Source of the DNA: a virus
Strand: one strand, 5' to 3'
Virus record (IMG/VR): IMGVR_UViG_3300032322_002033
Location: 1 to 64,000 of that record
DNA: 64,000 nucleotides
Part shown: in pieces, positions 48,604-58,398 of the stretch
How positions within the stretch are numbered: position 1 is the first letter of the stretch
How the letters are laid out: the number at the start of each line of letters is the position of its first letter
The notes under the pieces: model-generated
What the model saw: only the letters and a program-made list of their open reading frames with translations
What the model was told of the DNA's origin: nothing
Databases searched by the model: none
Program-made: the position numbers and the translations under genes

Positions 48604-50267
48604 GTCTTACGTTAGTTACAGGTTTATGGAATATTGGTAGAGATAATTTAAATGAGGGATGGTCAAGGTCCTATCAACATTATTTAGATAAATTTTCACA
48701 ATTATTAGAAATTGATAATAATCTTATAATTTTTGGAGACTCTGAGCTTGAGACTTTTGTTTGGGAAAGAAGAAGTTCTGAAAATACTATGTTTATTGTT
48801 AGAGATAAAGATTGGTTTGTCAATAATGAGTTTTATGAAAAAATACAAAATATTAGAAAGTCAGAATCTTGGTATTCACAATCATCTTGGTTAAAAGACT
48901 CAACCCAAGGTAGATTAGAAATGTATAACCCATTAGTCATGTCAAAAATGTTTCTTTTACATGACGCAAAAATATTCGATAAATTTGATTCTGATAGTTT
49001 ATTTTGGATTGATGCGGGTATTACAAATACGGTACATCCTGGTTATTTTACTCACGACAAAGTTATTGAAAAGTTAAAAAAGAAAATTAATAAATTTACT
49101 TTTGTTTGTTTCCCATATGATGCGAATACCGAAATTCACGGATTCATATACCCAAAAATAAACCAGTGGTCAGGTAAAGATGTAAAAAAAGTTGCTCGAG
49201 GTGGATTTTTTGGTGGACCAAAACACATCATATCTGAAATAAATTCAATATACTATAATTTACTTAACGATACCTTATCACAAGGTTATATGGGGACTGA
49301 GGAATCAATATTCTCAATAATGGTTTATAAATTTTCAGAAATTATTGATTATTTTGAAATAAATTATGACGGGTTGTTGGGAACATTTTTTGAAAATGTT
49401 AAAAACGAAAAATTAACAATCAAAAGTGAAAATACAAAACCAACTAAAAATTTAAATATTACAAATGTTGGTCTTTATGTAATCACATTTAATTCTCCAA
49501 ATCAGTTCAGAACTTTAATACAATCTATGTCTGAATATGATAATGATTTTATTAAATTAACTAAAAAGTTTTTATTGGACAATTCAACTGATTTATCAAC
49601 TACCGACGAGTATTTAAAAATCTGTGAAGAGTTTGGATTTGAACATATCAAAAAAGATAATATTGGTATAACAGGCGGAAGACAATTTATTGCCGAACAC
49701 TTTAATGAAACTGAATTAGATTATATGTATTTTTTTGAGGACGATATGTTTTTTTATCGTGGAGAAAATAATGTTTGTAAAAATGGGTTTAATCGAAAAG
49801 TTAGTAATCTTTACCAAAAAAGTTTAGAAATTATCAATAAAGAAAATTTTGACTTTTTGAAACTTAATTTTTCCGAATTTTATGGTGATAATAGTACTCA
49901 GTGGAGTTGGTATAACGTACCTCAGAATTTTAGACAAAGTCACTGGCCAAATAATCCTAAATTACCTGAATTTGGTTTAGACCCAAATGCTCCTAAAACA
50001 AAATTTGAATTTATAAAATCTCACAAAAACTTACCATATGCGGGTGGAGAAATATTCCTATGTAATTGGCCAATTCTATTATCCAAAGAAGGGAATTTTA
50101 AATGTTATATTGAAACAAAATTCCAACATCCATTTGAACAAACAATAATGTCTCATTGTTTCCAAGAAACTATTAAAGGTAATATTACACCAGGTATACT
50201 GCTAATCACTCCTACTGAACATGATAGATTTGAACATTATGACTCATCTTTGAGGAAAGAATGTTAA
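48600..50267 (+). CDS. HtrL/YibB-like domain fused to a GT2-like domain
   Basis: TLVTGLW, MSKMF, FWIDAG, GGFFGG, TEESI; then LLDNSTD, MYFFEDD. Confidence 0.75.
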   Translation: MSLTLVTGLWNIGRDNLNEGWSRSYQHYLDKFSQLLEIDNNLIIFGDSELETFVWERRSSENTMFIVRDKDWFVNNEFYEKIQNIRKSESWYSQSSWLKDSTQGRLEMYNPLVMSKMFLLHDAKIFDKFDSDSLFWIDAGITNTVHPGYFTHDKVIEKLKKKINKFTFVCFPYDANTEIHGFIYPKINQWSGKDVKKVARGGFFGGPKHIISEINSIYYNLLNDTLSQGYMGTEESIFSIMVYKFSEIIDYFEINYDGLLGTFFENVKNEKLTIKSENTKPTKNLNITNVGLYVITFNSPNQFRTLIQSMSEYDNDFIKLTKKFLLDNSTDLSTTDEYLKICEEFGFEHIKKDNIGITGGRQFIAEHFNETELDYMYFFEDDMFFYRGENNVCKNGFNRKVSNLYQKSLEIINKENFDFLKLNFSEFYGDNSTQWSWYNVPQNFRQSHWPNNPKLPEFGLDPNAPKTKFEFIKSHKNLPYAGGEIFLCNWPILLSKEGNFKCYIETKFQHPFEQTIMSHCFQETIKGNITPGILLITPTEHDRFEHYDSSLRKEC

Positions 50268-50273
50268 TGTGAA

Positions 50274-50280
50274 TATTTAT
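50274..50280 (+). promoter_or_regulatory. TATTTAT motif, putative late promoter of the fibre operon
   Basis: TATTTATCTAAAAAAGATAGATG, nearly identical to the leader of ORF 14473. Confidence 0.6.
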
Positions 50281-50293
50281 CTAAAAAAGATAG

Positions 50294-50659
50294 ATGGAGT
50301 TTAGTATTGGTAAAAATTCAACCCTTCCCATATTAAAAATGCAGGTCGTTAATAACGGCAAAACTGAATTAGATGAATTTAATCAGGTGATTGAAAATTC
50401 TGCAATATTTTTTTCTATGAAAAATATGAAAAATGGGTCTTACAAGATACTAAATTCTCCCGCAGGATTTGTCGAAAGAACCAAAGAAAATATGGATGCT
50501 CCAACTGAATATTATGTGTATTATAGATTTAGTTCAGGTGACACAAGAACTGCTGGATTATATGAGGGTGAGTTTATGTTTAGAAATGAAGAGGGTACAT
50601 ATTTGTTACCAATCCGAGAAAAACTTACAATAAAAATTAATGAAACAAATGTGATATAA
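50294..50659 (+). CDS. BppU-N-like baseplate/fibre adaptor protein
   Basis: F.I.KNSTLP.L, YY.F...DT..AG.YEGEF, LPIREKL. Confidence 0.55.
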   Translation: MEFSIGKNSTLPILKMQVVNNGKTELDEFNQVIENSAIFFSMKNMKNGSYKILNSPAGFVERTKENMDAPTEYYVYYRFSSGDTRTAGLYEGEFMFRNEEGTYLLPIREKLTIKINETNVI

Positions 50660-51648
50660 TGGATTTTTATATTAAGAAAAACGCAACATTACCACAAATT
50701 CAGGTTGAGATATCTAAAAACGGAGTAAGTGATTTTAATGTAAATCAAAATCTATCCGAAATAATTGATGCGTACATTTCAATATTCAATCCTGATAATA
50801 ATCAATATATTGTTGCATCTAAAAATTGTACCATAACTCAAAGTGCGTCAACTACCAACCCAACTGATATATCATATTATTTAAATTATCAATTAACAAA
50901 TAGGGAAACAAAAAAACCTGGTAAATATGAAATTCAGATTTCTTTAACTGACACTAATGGTGAAATAATTTTACCATTACAAGAAAAAGTTTATTTGAAT
51001 ATTTTGGAAAGTTTTGCAATACAGGATTACCCATTTTCATCAAATTATATTGTTGATTTACCTTGTTGTGGTCCTGTTGAGGTTCTTCCTCCTGTTGTAC
51101 CTGTTAAAGGTCCTGCATTATTATTTATTGAACCTATTAGTGAGGCTAGTTTTGTAGGTAATTACTTACATTTACGTGAGGCTTCTTTTTATGGTTTCTC
51201 TAATGGTACTTCACCACAATCAGGTTCTGATATTGGAAAGTATATGGACATGTATGCTGAATATATAAATTCATTACCTAATGTTATTACACAAGACATT
51301 CCACAATCTTCAGGTGGGTTTGACTCATTTGGAAACGCAATTGTTCAATATAATTTCTATACAACAGAAGTAAGTGCAAATACCGTTAGTGAATTTGCAT
51401 GGTACACATGGGTTATACCAAGTGAATCTATTGGGGATTTAAAACAATCTGAAATTGCTTACGGATACGAGTTTGATAACCTTAGCACTGAGTCTATGAA
51501 CAATACGATTTACCAATATAATTTTTATTATACAGGTACATCTTATTCTGTAGGGCATTACTCGATGTATACCACATTCCAATCAAATAACTTTAATCTC
51601 AATAACACTAATAGAAGTATTTATTTTAAAGGTCAAACGGTACAATAA
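50659..51648 (+). CDS. Structural protein with N-terminal domain paralogous to 50294
   Basis: MDFYIKKNATLP...ETKKPGKYE...LPLQEKV. Confidence 0.6.
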   Translation: MDFYIKKNATLPQIQVEISKNGVSDFNVNQNLSEIIDAYISIFNPDNNQYIVASKNCTITQSASTTNPTDISYYLNYQLTNRETKKPGKYEIQISLTDTNGEIILPLQEKVYLNILESFAIQDYPFSSNYIVDLPCCGPVEVLPPVVPVKGPALLFIEPISEASFVGNYLHLREASFYGFSNGTSPQSGSDIGKYMDMYAEYINSLPNVITQDIPQSSGGFDSFGNAIVQYNFYTTEVSANTVSEFAWYTWVIPSESIGDLKQSEIAYGYEFDNLSTESMNNTIYQYNFYYTGTSYSVGHYSMYTTFQSNNFNLNNTNRSIYFKGQTVQ

Positions 51649-51650
51649 TT

Positions 51651-53258
51651 ATGTCATTACAATATAAAAATCCATTAACATCAAGTTTATTAGACGGGTC
51701 ACAATCCGCACTAAGAACAAAAACGTTTGGTACTAATTTTTCAGTACTACAAACGGGTGGATATATGGAAGTATATACCCTTAACGATTTAGTTTTTTCA
51801 ACTAATGGTCAAACAGGGTTAATAGAATATAGTGGTAATACGATTCCAATTAAATTTAATGTAAGAACATTAAATTTTTTACCTGATGTTTTAACATTAG
51901 AATCAGACAATATTTCAACAGGTAGACAAAGATTAGGTATGCTAGTTTACGTTAAAGAAGTAAATCAAGTATATCAATTACACATAGACAATTATAATAC
52001 TCTTTGGGATAATGCGGTTGCTGATGGTGATGTAATTCAAACTGAATATGGGACTTCAGTATATTCTAACCACGCAGGTGGTCGAGCATTAATTAACGCA
52101 TGGTCAGCATCTACAATTGAAGGTGTTGGTGGGATTACTAGACCAAACGCTAAATGGAGAAAATACTATGGGAATGATTTAGCCTTAACAGGTGGGTCAT
52201 TTAATTCATCCACAGGTATTTTAACTATGGTAACCATAACTGGAGGAACTGTACCAATTACAGGATTTGGAACGCCTTCAGGTGGTACGTCTGCAAACAT
52301 TACGGGAGGAACATCATTTGCTGGAACGGGTGGTACAAGAGATATAAGTTTGACATTAATTAACAGCGGACAAACAGAAGGTGTTGATATTAGTTTACTT
52401 GAAGCATTTTCTTTTGAAAATGACAATGCAGTAAAAGTAACTGTTGGTGGAGTTAGTGCCGGAACTGCTCCGTTTTCAGCGGCAACATCAATACATGAGA
52501 TAATCCAACAGATATTTTACCCAAGAATTGCTCCGGTATATAATCCCCAAAGAGACTCATCTCTTACTTTAAATCCGGGCACTTTATTATTTGAAGTTAA
52601 TCAAACAATATCAACATTAGTATTAAATTCAGCATTTACTAGAGGTATATACACTGGGGGTATTTATCAAAAAATTGGAGGACTACCAACTTCGTATGTA
52701 TACTCGGGACCGGATATTTCTCCTTCAGTTACAGCAACAACTAGTAATTTAACTAATTCATATACTTTAAATAATTACATCGTTTCATTAGGGTATAATA
52801 TTTGGACATTACAAGTAAATTATGGAGAAGGTGATATACCTGTTTATGATACAAATGAACCATATCCTGTTCCTATATTCACAAATTCAGGGTTCACAAC
52901 AACAACTGATAGATTTGAAGGGGTATATCCATTATTTGCGAATTCCACAACAATCAATACCAAAACTAGACAAACTTTAGTTTCTATAATTACATCAAAT
53001 ACTGTTGAGATATATTTTGCTGAAGGAGATAATAATGATGGTAGACAATATTTTGAAATTGCCGATGAATGGATAAACAGCCGGTCAATCAAAAGAGTAG
53101 AACAATTCAGTAGTATTACTCAATGGACATTAGACCCATATTGGACTAACATAACATCAACGACAAATACAATTCAGGGGGTTTCGGTTAATTATAAAAG
53201 ATATACATACGCAGCAGGAATTGATGTTGGATTTAGATTAATAAGATTAGTTTTTTAA
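51651..53258 (+). CDS. Tail-fibre-associated structural protein
   Basis: RLGMLVYV motif, T/G-rich; C-terminal half paralogous to 53266. Confidence 0.65.
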   Translation: MSLQYKNPLTSSLLDGSQSALRTKTFGTNFSVLQTGGYMEVYTLNDLVFSTNGQTGLIEYSGNTIPIKFNVRTLNFLPDVLTLESDNISTGRQRLGMLVYVKEVNQVYQLHIDNYNTLWDNAVADGDVIQTEYGTSVYSNHAGGRALINAWSASTIEGVGGITRPNAKWRKYYGNDLALTGGSFNSSTGILTMVTITGGTVPITGFGTPSGGTSANITGGTSFAGTGGTRDISLTLINSGQTEGVDISLLEAFSFENDNAVKVTVGGVSAGTAPFSAATSIHEIIQQIFYPRIAPVYNPQRDSSLTLNPGTLLFEVNQTISTLVLNSAFTRGIYTGGIYQKIGGLPTSYVYSGPDISPSVTATTSNLTNSYTLNNYIVSLGYNIWTLQVNYGEGDIPVYDTNEPYPVPIFTNSGFTTTTDRFEGVYPLFANSTTINTKTRQTLVSIITSNTVEIYFAEGDNNDGRQYFEIADEWINSRSIKRVEQFSSITQWTLDPYWTNITSTTNTIQGVSVNYKRYTYAAGIDVGFRLIRLVF

Positions 53259-53265
53259 AATAGTA

Positions 53266-55068
53266 ATGAATAGAATAACAGGAAGTACTACAATATCGTT
53301 GAACGTTGATGTGTTAGCGTCAGGTCCGTGGGACGCTCGCTCAATAATACCATATTACACAGGACTTACGGATAATGTAACATTACCTTATCCATACAAA
53401 GGTATGGTAGTTACTGTCTATAATGACCCTGATATTACAAAAAATGGGGTTTATTATTGTACTAACAAGGGTACCAATATTCCATTTGCAAATTCTGATG
53501 CAACTTGGACTAAAGTAGGTTCTGACTCTCAAACAATCACAGGTAATTCTTGGACATATTCTTCAGATACTTTAAATCTACTATATTCAACTGGTGGAAC
53601 AATCCCAATCACAGGTTTTACATTTGTTAATACAACAGGTGATACAATATTAGGACAATTAACAATATCTGCCAATACCAATCCATTAATTTTATCAGGA
53701 TTAACTGGTAGTACGTCATCAGTTGATACTAACACAAAATTTTTAACATTAGACCAATTTAATAATGTAATATATCAAACGGGTGTTACATCTACAGTTA
53801 TTACAGGTAATACTTGGACATATTCTTCTGACACTTTAAATCTACAAATGTCGACAGGTGGTACGATACCCATAACTGGATTTACATTTGTTAACACAAC
53901 AGGAGATACAATTCTTGGTAAGTTGATAATATCGGCAAACACTAATCCTCTTAATTTATCAGGTTTAACAGGGTCAACAAGTGCTGCCACAATAGATACA
54001 AAATTCCTTACTTTAGATGAATTCAATAATGTAATTTATCAAACAGGTTTAACCGCATCTTTACCTTACACAGGTGGTACTTCATCAGCGGGGACTGAAG
54101 GAACTACCGCAATTACCGCAACATTAATAGTATCAAATGAATCTACAGGAACTACAATTGATTTATCAGGGGCATTAACATTTGAAAACCCACTACCAAC
54201 AAAAGAATCTTTTGGAAGTATTGGTCAAAACACAACTTTTTTTGCCGGAGGTAAAACATTCCAAGAAATAATTCAGGCAATGTTTTATCCTGTAATACCG
54301 CCTACAATAACGGCAATTTCAACAAGTTTTACTCGAAATACAACTGGTGGGGGATTTAGTCCTTCACAATTACAAATTGCAGGAACAAGTGGTAATGTTA
54401 CTCTTACCGCAACTTACGTAAGTGGAACATCAATTGGTGGTGCTTACGTTGCAAAAACAGGTCCAGTAACTTCATTTGTATTTAGTGGATTTACTGAACC
54501 AACACCTGCTGTAACAGCATACACTTCTTTAAGTACTACCGCATATACTGTAAACTCAAATTATTTAGTAGTTTCAGGATATAACACTTGGAATTGTCAA
54601 ATAAATTTTGCACCAGGTCAACAGCCATTAGATGATAGTGGAGCGCCATACTATGGGTCAGGTACTCCGGACTTTATTAACGGAGGTACTAAAACACCCG
54701 CCAATATTGTTATAGAAGGAGTATTTCCAATATCGGCAACATCAGACTCAAACGCATTTTATACTCAACAATCATTAGTATCTATGAAAACTAATGCAAC
54801 CTCAACGTTTAATACTGCAGATGAAACCACATCAGATAGACAAGCATTTATATTACCGATAATGCTATACAATAAATTACAAACTATGGAATTATATGAT
54901 GGTAATAGTCAAAGATATGTGACGGTTACTCCGTCTGAATTTTATACAATTACAGATTTTGGTCCGGTATATATTAACAGTACATATTCAAGTGTTGCGT
55001 ATAAACAATATAAATATGATATAAGAGGTCAACACGGGGCTCAATTAATAAGATTAACATTTAGCTGA
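53266..55068 (+). CDS. Tail-fibre-like protein with two 88-aa repeats
   Basis: PWDAR...YPYKGMVV N-terminal domain, repeats, C-terminal domain shared with 51651. Confidence 0.7.
   Translation: MNRITGSTTISLNVDVLASGPWDARSIIPYYTGLTDNVTLPYPYKGMVVTVYNDPDITKNGVYYCTNKGTNIPFANSDATWTKVGSDSQTITGNSWTYSSDTLNLLYSTGGTIPITGFTFVNTTGDTILGQLTISANTNPLILSGLTGSTSSVDTNTKFLTLDQFNNVIYQTGVTSTVITGNTWTYSSDTLNLQMSTGGTIPITGFTFVNTTGDTILGKLIISANTNPLNLSGLTGSTSAATIDTKFLTLDEFNNVIYQTGLTASLPYTGGTSSAGTEGTTAITATLIVSNESTGTTIDLSGALTFENPLPTKESFGSIGQNTTFFAGGKTFQEIIQAMFYPVIPPTITAISTSFTRNTTGGGFSPSQLQIAGTSGNVTLTATYVSGTSIGGAYVAKTGPVTSFVFSGFTEPTPAVTAYTSLSTTAYTVNSNYLVVSGYNTWNCQINFAPGQQPLDDSGAPYYGSGTPDFINGGTKTPANIVIEGVFPISATSDSNAFYTQQSLVSMKTNATSTFNTADETTSDRQAFILPIMLYNKLQTMELYDGNSQRYVTVTPSEFYTITDFGPVYINSTYSSVAYKQYKYDIRGQHGAQLIRLTFS
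53533..54048 (+). repeat. 2 x 264-nt (88-aa) repeat
   Basis: WTYSSDTLNL units 264 nt apart (53548 and 53812). Confidence 0.9.
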
Positions 55069-55069
55069 T

Positions 55070-56992
55070 ATGAGTAGGACATTAGGAGCATTTGATTATA
55101 CACAAAACTATGAAGTATTAAATTCGTATCCTTTAGATGCTAGAATGAAAACCGGTTTATATGCCGATTTACAAGATAACGTAACAATACCTTATCCATA
55201 CACAGGAATGATTGTTGCCGTCACAGATGATGGGTCAAATAACGGATTATATATTTGTACTAATAAAGGAACCGCAATACAATATGCTAATGGTACTACA
55301 ATTTGGGAAAGAGTTGGTAGCCCAATTATAACTGGCAACACTTGGACTTATTCTTCTGACACTTTAAATTTACAAATGTCAACTGGAGGTACAATATCTC
55401 TAACAGGGTTTACTTTTGTCAATACAACAGGTGATACAATATTAGGTCAGTTAATAATCTCAGCGGACACTAACCCATTAATTTTATCAGGACTTACTGG
55501 TTCAACAACTTCTGTAGATACAGACACTAAATTTTTGATATTAGATGTTAATAATAACGTGATTTATCAAACGGGAGTGACCTCAACGGTAATAACTTCA
55601 AACACTTGGACATATTCTTCAGATACTTTAAATTTGGAAATGTCAACAGGTGGGACAATCCCAATCACAGGTTTTACATTTGTCAATACAACAGGTGATA
55701 CTATACTTGGTAAATTAACAATATCTGCGGATACTAATCCACTTAATTTATCAGGATTAACCGCAACAACTACGTCAGTTGACACTAATACGAAGTTTTT
55801 ATCTTTAGACTCAAATAATAACGTAATAATTCAAACAGGGGTCACTTCAACCGTTATTACCAGTAACACTTGGACATATTCTTCGGATACTTTAAATTTA
55901 CAAATGTCGACAGGTGGTACAATTCCGTTAACTGGATTTACATTTGTTAATACGACTGGTGACACAATTTTTGGTAAATTGGTAATATCTGCTGACACTA
56001 ATCCTCTTAATTTATCAGGGATAACCGCAACAACAACTTCAGTAGATACTAATACAAAGTTTTTATCTTTAGATTCAAATAATAATGTTATTATACAAAC
56101 TGGAGTCACATCAACGGTAATAACTTCAAACACTTGGACATATTCTTCGGATACTTTAAATTTACAAATGTCGACCGGAGGGACAATTCCGTTAACTGGA
56201 TTTACATTTGTTAATACGACAGGTGACACGATACTTGGTAAACTAACAATATCTGCAGATACCAATCCATTAAATTTATCAGGATTAACTGCCACAACAT
56301 CAGCACTCACAGTTAATACTAAATTCTTATCTTTAGATGAAAATAATAATGTAATTATTCAGACGGGTATTAGTGTAAGTAACGCATCCGCATTATCTGG
56401 TGGTGTTACAAACTATCTTGCAAAATGGACAGGAACAAGTGCAATAACGACAACATTATTAAGAACAACTGATGATGGTTCAAAACTTGCGATAGGATTA
56501 CCAAGCGGTGATACAATAAGTTATCCTTTAATGGTTTCTGCCGACACAAGTCCCGTATCATTTAAAGGAATAGTATCAAATTCTTTTGACCCTTCAAATC
56601 AATATTTGTATGTTGATACTTCATCGGGTGAGATTAAATCAAGTGTTATTTCAGAGCAGACAGGTATTACGGTTTATATAAGCGCAAGAACAAATAGCGG
56701 TCAAGTAGACTTCATTCAAACAGGTTCACCTGAAAACTTTAGAAGTGTTTATTACAACTATCACTTAAAAAGTTTAAGTAGTTATTCTATAAGAAGTGGT
56801 ACTTTACAAGCGGTTTGGGGGACAGGAGCGACGGCAGATTTAAATTATACTGACCAAGGCCCTTTACAAATCATAGAAGGAGCTAATACTATTAGTGGAA
56901 TAAATGTGTCAGGTGTGACAGGAGGTATTAGTGTGGTTATTGAGGTTGCAAATGGTAATTGGGAATTTAAAGCATATAGAGTAAAATTATAA
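55070..56992 (+). CDS. Tail-fibre-like protein with four 88-aa repeats
   Basis: PLDAR...YPYTGMIV N-terminal domain, four repeats, NYLAKWTG. Confidence 0.7.
   Translation: MSRTLGAFDYTQNYEVLNSYPLDARMKTGLYADLQDNVTIPYPYTGMIVAVTDDGSNNGLYICTNKGTAIQYANGTTIWERVGSPIITGNTWTYSSDTLNLQMSTGGTISLTGFTFVNTTGDTILGQLIISADTNPLILSGLTGSTTSVDTDTKFLILDVNNNVIYQTGVTSTVITSNTWTYSSDTLNLEMSTGGTIPITGFTFVNTTGDTILGKLTISADTNPLNLSGLTATTTSVDTNTKFLSLDSNNNVIIQTGVTSTVITSNTWTYSSDTLNLQMSTGGTIPLTGFTFVNTTGDTIFGKLVISADTNPLNLSGITATTTSVDTNTKFLSLDSNNNVIIQTGVTSTVITSNTWTYSSDTLNLQMSTGGTIPLTGFTFVNTTGDTILGKLTISADTNPLNLSGLTATTSALTVNTKFLSLDENNNVIIQTGISVSNASALSGGVTNYLAKWTGTSAITTTLLRTTDDGSKLAIGLPSGDTISYPLMVSADTSPVSFKGIVSNSFDPSNQYLYVDTSSGEIKSSVISEQTGITVYISARTNSGQVDFIQTGSPENFRSVYYNYHLKSLSSYSIRSGTLQAVWGTGATADLNYTDQGPLQIIEGANTISGINVSGVTGGISVVIEVANGNWEFKAYRVKL
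55325..56368 (+). repeat. 4 x 264-nt (88-aa) tandem repeat
   Basis: ACTTGGAC anchors at 55340, 55604, 55868 and 56132. Confidence 0.95.
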
Positions 56993-58398
56993 TGGGAATT
57001 TTTAGTGGAATAGTAAACTATCAAAATTTTGAGGTAGAATCAGGTATAACATCTAATTTTTTTATATCTCCAACTATCTCCGCTAATACAATTTCAGGTG
57101 GGGCATTATCGGCTTTATATGTTGCTAGCGGAAAAGTTACAAATCAGGAGTTTAAATATTTGAGTGGAACTACATCAAGTATTCAAATTCAAATAAATTC
57201 TTTAGCAAATAAAAACGAACAGTTTGTTTCTTATAGTGCGAGTACTAATTTAGATAATGATAAAAGTAGTATTGCGGGAAATGCTATAACATTTAGTCAA
57301 GGAAATAAAGAACTACTTATTAATACCACATTAACCAGTACTGAATTTGTTTGGATTAATTTTAATATGACGGACATATCCGTAACATCAATAACTAATT
57401 GGAATCCAACAGGTTTTCAAACAAATAATAATAATAGAGCTACACATATAATAATTGGTGGGGGGTCAACATCTGTCTATCCTTCAGTAATTTCAGGATT
57501 AACTGGTGGTACTAATGGTAGAATTGCAATAATAAGTAATTTGGGTACAGGATTTCCTGTGATATTTGAAAATAATAGTTCAAAATGTCCGACAATTTGT
57601 AAATTTAATTTTTCAAATAACGAGGCATATTTTTTACCTCATAACGCAACTATGACTTTAATATATGATGGAGAGTCTCAGTCGTGGAAGGAATTTTATC
57701 CATTAACAAGAGAAAGTATGTTTTCTACATACCAAGACTTTAACTATGTTGGTCGAAATACTAATTTTGGAAATGGTGCTTATGGTAGATTTTATTCATC
57801 GCAAGGAGTAATTGCATATACAGGTTTTAATGATACTAATAGTGTTATTTCTTTTAGGGGTACGAGTACTTATGCAGCACCTGGATTATCCGCAAGCTAT
57901 TGTGCCGGAAGAGTCCCCCAAAGCTTAGGAGGTTCACAGTTCACTTTTTTTTTATCAAAAGTTGCAATTGATAATGATTTTGCAGGTCAAATGACTTTTG
58001 AAAACACAGTTGCGGTATTAAATAACGGCAAAGTCAATAATTATGGACAGGTGTGTGGTGCGGTAGGTACGGCAGCTAGTTCTAATCAGCATTGGATGAT
58101 TTCTGGGAATAATTGGGTAAATATGGCAACAGTTGCTGGGTCGATAGTTCAAGTTACGCCTACAAATTTATTGGCATCTGATAGTGTGTTTAATTTTGTG
58201 TATTTAGGTATTGCAAATAATAATACAAGATGTTTTTGGTTTTATTCTAAAGACGGAAATGAATATGAAATAAGTAACATTAGAGCACAAGCATCTAATA
58301 ATTTTATGGCAGGATTTGGGGCAGGTGTAAGGATAGTTACGCCAACAACAATCACACCAACTTTATTTGTTGACTGGTATGGAATGAATTTAAATTAA
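56992..58398 (+). CDS. Putative receptor-binding/fibre protein, paralog 1
   Basis: EFKYLSGTTSSIQIQIN, GLTGGTNGR. Confidence 0.65.
   Translation: MGIFSGIVNYQNFEVESGITSNFFISPTISANTISGGALSALYVASGKVTNQEFKYLSGTTSSIQIQINSLANKNEQFVSYSASTNLDNDKSSIAGNAITFSQGNKELLINTTLTSTEFVWINFNMTDISVTSITNWNPTGFQTNNNNRATHIIIGGGSTSVYPSVISGLTGGTNGRIAIISNLGTGFPVIFENNSSKCPTICKFNFSNNEAYFLPHNATMTLIYDGESQSWKEFYPLTRESMFSTYQDFNYVGRNTNFGNGAYGRFYSSQGVIAYTGFNDTNSVISFRGTSTYAAPGLSASYCAGRVPQSLGGSQFTFFLSKVAIDNDFAGQMTFENTVAVLNNGKVNNYGQVCGAVGTAASSNQHWMISGNNWVNMATVAGSIVQVTPTNLLASDSVFNFVYLGIANNNTRCFWFYSKDGNEYEISNIRAQASNNFMAGFGAGVRIVTPTTITPTLFVDWYGMNLN

Noticed and set aside
53529-56310. Minus-strand ORFs 53529, 53775, 55567 and 55831 that resemble each other
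   Set aside because: Antisense shadows of the 264-nt coding repeats
53533-56368. Possible CRISPR array or DGR template/variable repeats
   Set aside because: Repeats are in-frame 264-nt coding units without spacers; differences are mostly synonymous, not adenine-specific; no reverse transcriptase or cas gene seen
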